Shown in pieces: positions 38,024 to 47,664 of a stretch of 64,000 nt of DNA. The notes under the pieces were generated by a model. It saw nothing but the letters and a program-made list of their open reading frames with translations, ran no database searches and was not told the DNA's origin. The first letter of the stretch is position 1. Every line of letters begins with the position of its first letter. The DNA is from a virus (taxonomy: Duplodnaviria > Caudoviricetes). The translations under genes were made by a program, and so were the position numbers. The stretch covers positions 32,001-96,000 of the IMG/VR virus record IMGVR_UViG_3300028886_001681, one strand, 5' to 3'.

Positions 38024-39205
38024 TTAGTCCGCATATTCAAATCTATATCCAAAATATGTTTTTCTTTTCAAATCACCTCTACATATATTACGAATTGCAT
38101 CTTTTATACTTCTATCTTTAGAATTTGAAATAGTATTTTTTCTTAAATATTCCAACAAATCTTCCATTATGAAAATTCCTACAAATTCATTATGATAAAA
38201 AACTTTAATTTTATGTGCTTTTGCTCTATGTGTTTTGGTTGTTTGTTCGATTCTTAATTTATTTGCTAATTCTTTATCGTAAAAACACAATCCGTATTCC
38301 GTTCCAATATTCAAATATTTTTCAACTGTACTTCTATCTAAATCAAATATTTTAGATATATTTAATGTACTTTTATTTTCATCTTTTGCGTTTTTATAAT
38401 ATTCACAAACTTTAATTAAGAGGTTACTCAACGCCCATTTTCCACAATCTTCCCAATTAACTTTAGATAAATCAAGTATTTCGGATAATTGTGATTTCAA
38501 AATACTTTCTTTTATAAAATCAACAGATGATACATCACAATTTATTCTTATCACTTCAATGTCATGTTCTTTTGCTAATATATCTTTATATCTATCTCGT
38601 TCTAATCCTTCAACATCTTTTTCTTTAGAATTAAATTTCAATTTACCATGACCAATCCCACCATCCATCTCAATTATGTATTTTTGTTCATTAAATTCAA
38701 AATAGCAATCGTATTTATACGGTTTTATCCACGAAGGATGATATTCATATTCTAAATTATTTACATCAAAATGTTTCATAAACGCTCGAAGAAATTTATT
38801 AGGATAACTTAACGAATCGTTAGGGCAATTATAACATTTATATTTAATCACATATCTACCTTGTTCATATTTTTCATCTCCACAGACAGGACATTTGAAC
38901 AAAAATTTATGTCTTGTTCCATAACTGTATGTTTTTGCCAAATCTTTATTTACAATTAAATACATTAAATTAGAATAAGTACTATATAAATCATTCACAC
39001 CTTGAGTTACTTTAAGATTAGTACGAGGATAATTAAGTCTGACAATTTCATATTCTTCTTCATCGTAATTTCTTAAACAATCACCACAAAAAGTATATTG
39101 CCAATTTTTACAAGATTCTGTATTACATATAAAATCTTTATGACAATAATCACACTCACAAACAAATCTGTTTTTATCGTTTCTTAATTGATGTTTAAAT
39201 CCCAT
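38024..39205 (-). CDS. putative homing endonuclease (Zn ribbons plus Vsr/DUF559-like nuclease)
   Basis: CxxC pairs; YD.YF...IIEMDGG.GH...D..KD..A; AT-rich. Confidence 0.7.
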   Translation of the reverse strand: MGFKHQLRNDKNRFVCECDYCHKDFICNTESCKNWQYTFCGDCLRNYDEEEYEIVRLNYPRTNLKVTQGVNDLYSTYSNLMYLIVNKDLAKTYSYGTRHKFLFKCPVCGDEKYEQGRYVIKYKCYNCPNDSLSYPNKFLRAFMKHFDVNNLEYEYHPSWIKPYKYDCYFEFNEQKYIIEMDGGIGHGKLKFNSKEKDVEGLERDRYKDILAKEHDIEVIRINCDVSSVDFIKESILKSQLSEILDLSKVNWEDCGKWALSNLLIKVCEYYKNAKDENKSTLNISKIFDLDRSTVEKYLNIGTEYGLCFYDKELANKLRIEQTTKTHRAKAHKIKVFYHNEFVGIFIMEDLLEYLRKNTISNSKDRSIKDAIRNICRGDLKRKTYFGYRFEYAD

Positions 39206-39342
39206 AATTGCTTTTCTGACAAAATAACTATATAATCATCTTGTCATTCGATAACCTCTTTATCGTTTGATGTTTCAAAAAGGTTGGAATTCACAGTTCT
39301 GACCTTTTTCATTGCATACCGCAACACTAGAATAAATAGTTA

Positions 39343-39378
39343 CAAAAAAAAACGACACTGATAAAAAGTGTCGTTTTT
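39343..39378. terminator. bidirectional rho-independent terminator
   Basis: AAAAACGACACT/AGTGTCGTTTTT. Confidence 0.8.
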
Positions 39379-39402
39379 CAATTAAAATCAGATTATAATG
39401 AA

Positions 39403-41523
39403 TTATTCAAACACCATTGTGATTGAACCTAATCCACTTCGAGTGGTTCTCACAATATCATAAACAACTACACCACCGCTAGAATTAGTAAATGATATAG
39501 CATTTTCTTTAACCAATTCGGTGTCAAATCCGCCTATTTTACATACGGATTTTATATTCCATGACTTAGGGCAACAAACAAATCCATATTCACCGTTGCC
39601 GATTGTGATATTAAAACTTCCTTTATATGTTGAATTGTTGAATTTGTGATTACTCAATCCAAGAATAAAAGCGGAATCATAATCTTGAGGAATACTTGCA
39701 GAACCATAGAATATTTGATTTTGGAACTGTATATTGATACTCTTTTCCGCACTCTCCGTACCATCCGATACAACAAGTTTGAATGATTTATTTGTACTAA
39801 AAGGTGTATCGTATGTGAACGCTCTAATATCGTTGTCAACGCTTGTTCCATTAAAAGTTTGTGTAATCGGTGTCTTATTCAAATTCCATGCAAATTGAAG
39901 TTCTGAAATCTCATTTCCAATTTCATAGATTGTGGTCGATGGAGAAACCGAAAGGCTAGAAATGACAATTTTTTCATAATAAACCTTAGCCAGCAGATTA
40001 TCCAAAGTTTTCTTTACATTATCCAAACTTGGATAAGTAGCATTTTCATAACTTACATCACTTGCGTCATTTCCCATAGAACTAGGGTCTACCAAGGCAA
40101 GATTACCCTCGTCATTCACTTGAAGAATCTTTCCTTCATTCGCAATTCCTTGAGCGGTTGAAACCTTTCCACTTACACTAGTGTCTACTAGAGTCTTCAA
40201 TGCGTCCATAGCACCCAAGTTTGGTATTTTAGTCTTGTCAACTTCTTGTCCACTATAAGTATCAACCACATCATTTGTCTTTGAAACATAATCCGACAAA
40301 TCTATCGTAGATTGTGGGTCTACCAATCCGAGGTTTCCGCTAGAATTAACTTGAAGAATTTTTCCTTCGTTTGCTAAACCTTGGTCAACATCAACTTTCT
40401 TTGCAAATTCTGTATACAATGTCGATGATTTAACAGGATTGTCGCTTGAAGATGATACGCTAGATTCGACATCTGAAACATTTACCTTTTCATCTAATTC
40501 TGTATCAACCAAAGTTTTCAATGCATCCATAGCACCGATGTTAGGAATCTTGGTTTTATCAGCGTCAGAACCACTATATGTGCTTGTTACATCGTTTGTC
40601 TTTGAAACATAATCAGAAAAGTTCACGCTTGCTACAGTATCAGTAAATTCAGTATTTTCAATCCAAATCGTACTGTAATTTACATTATTGTCAGTATAAT
40701 AAAATTTCGTCTTGTTGTCCGAAGTGATGGTCTTTTCAACTCCACCTTGATAGTAAGTGATTGTAGTTCCGCTCAATGTAGGCTTTGCGTCACAAACGAT
40801 AGCAGTTTGTCGAATAGCGTTTTGTATGCTTGTATCCGTATAAGATTTACTGTCGGTCAAGCAAGTGGCAACTTTCTTGTCAACACTTCCGTTTACCGTA
40901 GTGTCGCCATTAAGAACAGTTATTGCGTTTTCATTTGCAGTAACTCTGTTTCCCAAAGCGGTGTCGTCATAGTTTTCAAGATTGTCCAACTTTGTTTTAA
41001 GTTCATCAGTAAAATCGTTTGTTGAAAGTCCTTTTCCGCTAACTTTGTCTACTTTCTTCGCACATTCAGTGTCCGTGTAACTTGTAGCGTTTGAGTAAGC
41101 GGTGGCAACTTTGGAATCAACCGAACCTACAACAGTTGAATCACCGTTGAGGGTGTCTATTGCGGTTTTATTGTCGTCAATCTGTTGTTTGTAAGCGTCA
41201 GTAAAATCGTTTGTTGACAAGTCTTTTCCGCTAACCTTATCCACTTTATTGTTGAGAAGATTGTTTGTTTCAGTTTTAGTGTAGTATGATGATAGGTCTC
41301 CACCACCTTCTCCAATTACTCGCCATTTTCCAGTTATTTCATCTATAGTGTTACTTCTATTAAATCTGTATTTCAATCCTGTTTCATAACAGAAGGAATC
41401 ATACATATCTGGGAGATAATCTTCTCTAAATGCTTTCATATCGGCTATTGTAGAAAAGGCATCTCGTTCATTCGTTTGAGCCTTCATGTTAATTTTCAAA
41501 TTTGAAAGTAAACTGATTGCCAT
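39403..41523 (-). CDS. virion structural / fibre protein with internal repeats
   Basis: 2x KVDKVSGK.LSTNDFTD; duplicated ~40-aa and ~23-aa blocks. Confidence 0.7.
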   Translation of the reverse strand: MAISLLSNLKINMKAQTNERDAFSTIADMKAFREDYLPDMYDSFCYETGLKYRFNRSNTIDEITGKWRVIGEGGGDLSSYYTKTETNNLLNNKVDKVSGKDLSTNDFTDAYKQQIDDNKTAIDTLNGDSTVVGSVDSKVATAYSNATSYTDTECAKKVDKVSGKGLSTNDFTDELKTKLDNLENYDDTALGNRVTANENAITVLNGDTTVNGSVDKKVATCLTDSKSYTDTSIQNAIRQTAIVCDAKPTLSGTTITYYQGGVEKTITSDNKTKFYYTDNNVNYSTIWIENTEFTDTVASVNFSDYVSKTNDVTSTYSGSDADKTKIPNIGAMDALKTLVDTELDEKVNVSDVESSVSSSSDNPVKSSTLYTEFAKKVDVDQGLANEGKILQVNSSGNLGLVDPQSTIDLSDYVSKTNDVVDTYSGQEVDKTKIPNLGAMDALKTLVDTSVSGKVSTAQGIANEGKILQVNDEGNLALVDPSSMGNDASDVSYENATYPSLDNVKKTLDNLLAKVYYEKIVISSLSVSPSTTIYEIGNEISELQFAWNLNKTPITQTFNGTSVDNDIRAFTYDTPFSTNKSFKLVVSDGTESAEKSINIQFQNQIFYGSASIPQDYDSAFILGLSNHKFNNSTYKGSFNITIGNGEYGFVCCPKSWNIKSVCKIGGFDTELVKENAISFTNSSGGVVVYDIVRTTRSGLGSITMVFE

Positions 41524-41595
41524 ATTTATATTCTCCTATGCTATATTTTCTTTATAATATTTTTGGAATCTATTCCAACCGTCATTAATAATTCC

Positions 41596-42804
41596 TTATT
41601 TGAATACCAATTCTACAGAATCAGCCTGAACAGGCTCATTAAGTGTATAGCAAAAATATGGAATAGAGTCAATCGTCAAACTAGTCTTGGTAAAACTTTC
41701 AAAATAAGAAAAATTATTTTTTTCATCCTTTATATAACTTAATGCTCCAAAACTACTAGGATAAGCATAAACAACCTTACCATAATCCATTGTAATTCCA
41801 CTATAAGTCAAATTCTTTGTATCTTTCAGAACATTGTTTTGCAATGCCTTAATAATTGCTTCCGTAGGTTCACCAACATCTGCACTTACCGTTCCATAAT
41901 AAGATTTTCCTACAAATTTCACGGTTATTGATTTACTTGCACTCATAGGTGTTCCACTCTTGGAATCATAAACAACTGCTTTCAGAGTAAAATCTGTATT
42001 TGTCGGTGTCGTCCAAGTCATGTCATATTGATAAGTTCCACTAGCGGAAATATTCTGTGTATACTTCAAAACATTATCAAGATAAAATTCTACTTTAGAA
42101 AGATTGTATGTGTTCTTTGTACAAGTTGCTTTCATGGTTACTGCAGAAATTACAGTGTCAACAACATCATACAAAGTTGTACTAGGAACAATAGCAAGAG
42201 TAAGACTAGGAGCGACTTCCTTAATAAGCATATCTCTAATTACGGTTTCGATTTTTGTGTCTTTTGGATAAACCTTTCCGTTTGTTGCTGAACCTATAGG
42301 ATTACTTACTGTTAAAGATTGTTCAAGTTTCGCACCGCTAGATAAAGCCGAATCCAACGCTTTCTTCACATTGTCTAAAGTAGGAAAACTAGAATTTGTA
42401 TATGAAACATCGCTCGCATCTTCGACAATATTATTTAATGCTTCATCGAGACCTTGTTTTACATTTGTAATACTAGGTTTACTAGAATTGGTGTATTTTA
42501 CGGTAGATGAATCATCTACAGTTGGAAGAACACCTGCGTCTATAACGTTACCATTTGATAAAGCAAGTAATAGATGATTCCCACTTCCAATTGAAGCACT
42601 TACAACGGAAATTCCGTCCTTTACCTTAATTTTGCGAGTGTTTGTGCTTCCGTCGTCACCTGTCCATTTGAAGGTAATTTCTGTTCCGTCTGATACTGTT
42701 TCAGTCTTTGAAATCGTACATGGAGCGCCTTTCAACGCCCCCAATCCCACAAGCGAATCTCGTGTATATTTTTCGGCAATCGCCAATGTTACAACATCAA
42801 TCAT
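41596..42804 (-). CDS. virion structural protein (Ig-like C-terminus)
   Basis: MIDVVTLA.A.KYT N-terminus; DASDVSY...LDNVK module shared with neighbour. Confidence 0.65.
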   Translation of the reverse strand: MIDVVTLAIAEKYTRDSLVGLGALKGAPCTISKTETVSDGTEITFKWTGDDGSTNTRKIKVKDGISVVSASIGSGNHLLLALSNGNVIDAGVLPTVDDSSTVKYTNSSKPSITNVKQGLDEALNNIVEDASDVSYTNSSFPTLDNVKKALDSALSSGAKLEQSLTVSNPIGSATNGKVYPKDTKIETVIRDMLIKEVAPSLTLAIVPSTTLYDVVDTVISAVTMKATCTKNTYNLSKVEFYLDNVLKYTQNISASGTYQYDMTWTTPTNTDFTLKAVVYDSKSGTPMSASKSITVKFVGKSYYGTVSADVGEPTEAIIKALQNNVLKDTKNLTYSGITMDYGKVVYAYPSSFGALSYIKDEKNNFSYFESFTKTSLTIDSIPYFCYTLNEPVQADSVELVFK

Positions 42805-42833
42805 ATGGTTATTCTCCTAAAAATGCGAATGAA

Positions 42834-43052
42834 TTAAATCTGATACCAAGTCTTTGAAGTTTCTTCGTAGAACCAAACTTCACCTGTGTCGACGCAGAAA
42901 GCGGTGGAACCTGTGATGGTGTTCTGCATTTCATTAGGAAGAAGAGTGACATCGGAACTCAAGCCCATGAAGAGTTTGTGGTTGCCCTTTATCTCAGTTA
43001 AAACAAAACTACCGTAATGCTCTGTCGTGTCTGGTATATTCGTGTTTGCCAT
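42834..43052 (-). CDS. small structural-cassette protein
   Basis: GLSSD..LP...GS.AF.VDTG...Y...W; first gene after TAACTATTT at 43081-43089. Confidence 0.65.
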   Translation of the reverse strand: MANTNIPDTTEHYGSFVLTEIKGNHKLFMGLSSDVTLLPNEMQNTITGSTAFCVDTGEVWFYEETSKTWYQI

Positions 43053-43239
43053 ATCATTACTCCATTCATTGTGATTTTTTAAATAGTTATTCCAACCTTT
43101 CGTAAGTTGGTTTCGTAAAATTTTTCATGAAATTGTTGAAAAGAATTTCGATGTGCGCTAATATGCGAAAAACACTAAATGTTGGGTTGAAAACGATAAC
43201 TATTGTTAGTCCGACACTACATACAGAGAGGTAAAAATC

Positions 43240-44046
43240 ATGAAGGTAAGAAAAAGAGACGGAAGATTTGCGAATTTCAACGAATCAAAAATTGCGAACG
43301 CCATTAAATTGGCGTCTGAAAATTCAAAAAGCGACAACAAAATAACAGACGAACAAATAAAAAACACCCTTACTTTTGTAAAGTTATCTATTGAAGGTAA
43401 AGATGAGGTTAGTGTCGATGACATTCATGACTTGGTTGAAAAATCTTTGAAAAAAGAAAACAAGGATGTCGCCAAGTCATACATCGAATACAGAAAAAAC
43501 CGAGAACTTGACAGATTTAGAAATCTTGAAATTACAAAAAGAATTTTTGAAAAATTGAACGCGACGAATGTCATGAATCAAAACGCAAACCTCGACGAAT
43601 TTTCGTTCGGAGGAAGAAAGGGCGAAGCGGATTCCGCATTGTTGAAGGAGTTAGCCTTGAACTATTTGATTTCTCCCAAATTCGCCAAAAACCACAATAA
43701 CAATAGAATTTATATACACGACCTAGACTCTTATTTTGTCGGAATGCATAACTGTTTATCGCTTCCCATTGACGATTTGTTAAGAAACGGAATGAAAACT
43801 AGACAAGTTTTCATTAGACCCGCCAACAGTTTGTCGACCGCAATGCAACTTGTCGCAGTGGCGATTCAATTACAATCTTTGCAACAGTTCGGAGGTGTGG
43901 CGGTAACTCACATCGATTGGACTATGGTTCCTTACATTCGAAAATCGTTTTTCAAGCATTATAATGATGGCCTTAAATACGCGGAAGGCAAATCGGATAA
44001 AGAAATTGAAAAAATCGACAATGGGATTTTAGAAAAAAGTAAGTGA
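43240..44046 (+). CDS. nrdD: anaerobic ribonucleotide reductase, N-terminal part (NrdD-a)
   Basis: ATP-cone (VRKRDG), NQNANLDE, IYIHDLD, HNCL, QFGGV. Confidence 0.93.
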   Translation: MKVRKRDGRFANFNESKIANAIKLASENSKSDNKITDEQIKNTLTFVKLSIEGKDEVSVDDIHDLVEKSLKKENKDVAKSYIEYRKNRELDRFRNLEITKRIFEKLNATNVMNQNANLDEFSFGGRKGEADSALLKELALNYLISPKFAKNHNNNRIYIHDLDSYFVGMHNCLSLPIDDLLRNGMKTRQVFIRPANSLSTAMQLVAVAIQLQSLQQFGGVAVTHIDWTMVPYIRKSFFKHYNDGLKYAEGKSDKEIEKIDNGILEKSK

Positions 44047-44074
44047 TTTCCCAATCGGATTAACTATTTGTATT

Positions 44075-45409
44075 ATGAAAGAAACATTGATAGAAATATT
44101 TAAGAAAAAAGGCATTCTCAATAAAAATAACGGACGAAAATTCTGTTATAAAAATTATTGGGACGACGAATGCGAATCGTTGTGGGGAAAATATTCTTCT
44201 AATTATAGAAGTAATGATGAAGCGTGGTATTGCTTGTCTAAAAATGTAGAACCTCCGAAATGTCCATTGTGTGATAAGTTATGTAGATTTGTGGGCGGAA
44301 AGCGAGGTTATAAAATAACTTGCGAAACTTGTGACCCAAATAAAGTTCCGTCTAAATTAAAACATTTTTCCAAGACTATTTCTAAAAGAACAGAAGAAGA
44401 AAAAAGGAAAATCTTTGAAAAAAGAAAACAAACTAATTTAGAATTATACGGAGATGAAAATTTTACATTGTATGGCTCTAAATCTTTCAAAGAAAACATG
44501 TTGAATAAATATGGCAATGAAAATTACTCTAATCACGAAAAAGCAAAAGAAACTAGTATCGAACGATATGGTGTGGATTGCAATTTTAAAAGGGAAGGAT
44601 TTCAACAATATTCTGCGAATAAAAAACGAGAACTATACGGCAACGCCTCTAATTATGAAAAAACCATGAAAACCAACATGAAGAGGTATGGTGTTCCCCA
44701 CATAGGACAATGTAGAGAAATAATAAATAAAAATAATCTCGAAAAACAAGAAAAATATGATAAATTCGAAATTGAAAACGATTGCACATCGAGGAGTAAA
44801 TTAAAAAAATTATACGGTGTAGGATGGTGGTCTCTCGGTATAGAATATCTTGAATACATGGGGCATTATTTTGTACCTAATGAATTTTTAAAAGATATAA
44901 TAGAATATTCTAGCGAAGGTACGCACACCAACAGTTATATTTCTAAACGAGAAGTTGAGCTTAGAAATTACATTAAAGAAATTTATGATGGTGAAATTCT
45001 CAACAATGTGACCAATGTCGTAAAAAATAACAATCATAGATATTTTGAATTAGATTTGTATTTGCCTCGATTAAAAATTGCATTTGATTTTGACGGAATG
45101 TATTGGCATTCCATAAAATTTAAAGATAAATATTATCATCAAAGAAAAAGTGTATGTTGTTTGGAGCAAGGGGTTAGATTGGCTCATATACAAGAAGATG
45201 AATGGGTGAATAATCGTGAGGTTTTGTGCGATAAAATAAGACAATTAATTTTTGAAAACAAAACATTTAATGATGGTTGTTTCCCACCTTCGTTGAACGA
45301 TTATAATTTTTCTGAACCTAGAAAGATTATGATTGATAAATTTGGTAAAAAAACACTTGACGAAAGCCAGTGTAATTTAATATATTATGATACAGGAGTT
45401 ATTTTATGA
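44075..45409 (+). CDS. homing endonuclease (Hef/Vsr-like) splitting nrdD
   Basis: Zn finger, T...YG repeats, ELD.Y.P.LKIAF.FDG.YWHS...EDEW; TAACTATTT 5 nt before ATG. Confidence 0.82.
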   Translation: MKETLIEIFKKKGILNKNNGRKFCYKNYWDDECESLWGKYSSNYRSNDEAWYCLSKNVEPPKCPLCDKLCRFVGGKRGYKITCETCDPNKVPSKLKHFSKTISKRTEEEKRKIFEKRKQTNLELYGDENFTLYGSKSFKENMLNKYGNENYSNHEKAKETSIERYGVDCNFKREGFQQYSANKKRELYGNASNYEKTMKTNMKRYGVPHIGQCREIINKNNLEKQEKYDKFEIENDCTSRSKLKKLYGVGWWSLGIEYLEYMGHYFVPNEFLKDIIEYSSEGTHTNSYISKREVELRNYIKEIYDGEILNNVTNVVKNNNHRYFELDLYLPRLKIAFDFDGMYWHSIKFKDKYYHQRKSVCCLEQGVRLAHIQEDEWVNNREVLCDKIRQLIFENKTFNDGCFPPSLNDYNFSEPRKIMIDKFGKKTLDESQCNLIYYDTGVIL

Positions 45410-45558
45410 GAGATGTGATTGATGTGTCCATTGATGACGAAAAGTACAAAAAGCATAAAAAAGCGTATCAATACGCCATGGATATGCTACAAAAAGAAGT
45501 TCACCAATCGATAGAAGGATTGTTGCACAATTTAAATTCATTGCAAAGCAGGTCGGGT
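45406..45558 (+). CDS. nrdD: NrdD-b exon 1 (not in ORF track)
   Basis: CAGGAG RBS; ATGA overlap with the endonuclease stop; MRDVID...AYQYAMDM...HNLNSLQSRSG. Confidence 0.88.
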
Positions 45559-45819
45559 AGACTTTAGATTGCCCCATTCATCAGTAATGATGAATTGATA
45601 ATTCGGTAAAATCGGTGAAGACTAAATCATTAAGATATGTTGATACCGAGATAAGCATTCGAATTGCGAAAGGTCGAATGACATTGTAGAGCATAGAAGG
45701 TGAATAAATATAATCCTTCCACGAGTACCGAACATCCAAATATTTGGATGAAAATGTATGCCGAACTTATGAGAAATCATAAGAAGTATGGATAAAAAGC
45801 CATACGATAACAAATATTG
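45559..45819 (+). mobile_element. group I intron (261 nt, no ORF)
   Basis: Removal restores QSRSG|NQLPF; 5' exon ends in U, intron ends in G; P1 GGGU/GCCC; P7-like GCAUA/UAUGC. Confidence 0.88.
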
Positions 45820-47664
45820 AATCAATTGCCGTTTTCGTCCATAAATTACGGAACTTGCACATTGAAAGAAGGTCGTTTACTAACCAAAGAAATTTTGGAA
45901 TGCACAATCGATGGTGTTGGAAATCACGCGACTTCCATTTTCCCATGCCAGATTTTTCAATTGATGGACGGTGTAAATGTGAAAGAAAGCGACCCTAATT
46001 ATGATTTATTCAGATTAGCAATCGAATGTACATCAAAACGCTTATATCCTAATTATGTAAACTGTGATTGGAGCAACGACCAAGGATATAATAAAGATGA
46101 CCCTAGAACTTATCCTAGTACAATGGGTGCGGTTCGTGGAGACGAAATTGTTTCTATTAAAATCAACGATGTTGAATTTAATGATATTTCGATTAAAAAA
46201 GCAATAGAAATGATTAATGCATATACTTCTAATGTCGAATGGATTAACAATGAATCTGATAAAATTGGATATACAAAACATAAACGAGTAAAAGATTGTC
46301 AGATTAAGTGTCAATCAAAATGGGTTAGAATTCTCAACATCGAATTCAACGACAAATCATCCCCCTTAAAATTATACGAAGTCACTTTTGATAAAAACGA
46401 AACCGAGCAAACTCTCCATATCACGGAAGACCATCCTTTACACACTAGCAGAGGAAGAGTCGAGGCTAGGGATTTGAAGGTCGGAGATGTGATTTATGAC
46501 TCCATTAGCGGTTACGGTTACAAAATCGTTTCCGTAAAAGAAACTAACGAAAAATGCGACACTTACGACTTCACTACAGAAACAGACATGTTTGATTTGA
46601 GCGGAATCGTCTCTCATAACTGTAGGACTTATAGCAGTAGCGACATAAACGCGGAGTCTGCGGAATTGTCGCATATTAAGGACGGACGAGGAAACATAAC
46701 ACCTGCGACTATAGTTTTGCCAACAATAGCCATGGAATCAAAAAAGAAAATGAAAGACGATACTGATGAAAAGGTTTTGATTGAACTTTTCATGAAAAAT
46801 CTCGAAGACGCGATAATCGACTGTAAAGACGAATTGATTGAAAGATTCAATTACATTTGCTCGCAAAATCCAAAATCCGCTTCCTTCATGTATGAAAACG
46901 GAACATTCTACGGATATAAAGAAAGCGAGGGAATTCGTTCAGCGTTGAAACACGGCAGTTTGGCGGTGGGACAAATAGGCTTGGCGGAAACTTTGCAAAT
47001 TTTAATTGGAACAGACCAATGCACGAAAAAAGGAATGGAGTTGGCAAAGAGAATTGAGGAATTATTCAAGCGAAAGTGTTCTGAGTTTAAGAACGAATAT
47101 AAATTGAATTTTGGAGTTTATTACACACCTGCGGAAGGATTATCAAAGACTTCATTCGATAAATTTGTGAAAAAATACGGTCTTATTGAAAATGTCACTG
47201 CATATAAAGATGAAAACGGAAAATTACAACCTAGAGGATATTTCACGAATTCGATTCATGTTCCTGTTTGGAAGGAAATTTCTCCGTTTGAAAAAATAGA
47301 CATAGAATCCCAATTAACGAATTATTCTTCGGCAGGTTGCATTACTTATGTTGAAATCGGAGACAACGCTTCCAACAACTTGAAAGCCCTCGAAGAACTC
47401 GTATTGTACGCCAAGTCGAAAGATGTTCCATATTTCGCATTGAATCTTCCGTTGTCGCATTGCAAAAAATGCGGTTGCGACGAAAACATTGGTTTTGAGG
47501 AAAGTTGTCCTAAATGTGGAGCGGATAAAGATGAAATTGAACATCTCGCTCGCGTGACAGGTTATCTCTCCACGGACTACAAGCATTTTAATTTAGGAAA
47601 GCAACACGAAGTCAAAGACCGATATGTTCATGTGAATAAATTGTCGTCATGGAAACAAAAATGA
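45820..47664 (+). CDS. nrdD: NrdD-b exon 2 (contains intein)
   Basis: PFSSINYG, IFP.QIF, STMG|CRT, GRGN, TPAE, YFTNS, CxxC, RVTGYL glycyl-radical motif. Confidence 0.93.
   Translation, partial: NQLPFSSINYGTCTLKEGRLLTKEILECTIDGVGNHATSIFPCQIFQLMDGVNVKESDPNYDLFRLAIECTSKRLYPNYVNCDWSNDQGYNKDDPRTYPSTMGAVRGDEIVSIKINDVEFNDISIKKAIEMINAYTSNVEWINNESDKIGYTKHKRVKDCQIKCQSKWVRILNIEFNDKSSPLKLYEVTFDKNETEQTLHITEDHPLHTSRGRVEARDLKVGDVIYDSISGYGYKIVSVKETNEKCDTYDFTTETDMFDLSGIVSHNCRTYSSSDINAESAELSHIKDGRGNITPATIVLPTIAMESKKKMKDDTDEKVLIELFMKNLEDAIIDCKDELIERFNYICSQNPKSASFMYENGTFYGYKESEGIRSALKHGSLAVGQIGLAETLQILIGTDQCTKKGMELAKRIEELFKRKCSEFKNEYKLNFGVYYTPAEGLSKTSFDKFVKKYGLIENVTAYKDENGKLQPRGYFTNSIHVPVWKEISPFEKIDIESQLTNYSSAGCITYVEIGDNASNNLKALEELVLYAKSKDVPYFALNLPLSHCKKCGCDENIGFEESCPKCGADKDEIEHLARVTGYLSTDYKHFNLGKQHEVKDRYVHVNKLSSWKQK
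46129..46620 (+). mobile_element. mini-intein (164 aa, Ala1) at the NrdD catalytic Cys
   Basis: Interrupts STMG|CRT; block B TEDH, block F TYD, terminal SHN, +1 Cys. Confidence 0.88.

Noticed and set aside
44047-45405. Intron enclosing the nrdD endonuclease
   Set aside because: Only 28 non-coding nt upstream and none downstream; the downstream fragment has its own RBS and ATG.
45817-45819. TTG start for the 615-aa nrdD ORF
   Set aside because: These bases are the 3' end of the intron; the frame continues from exon 45406-45558.
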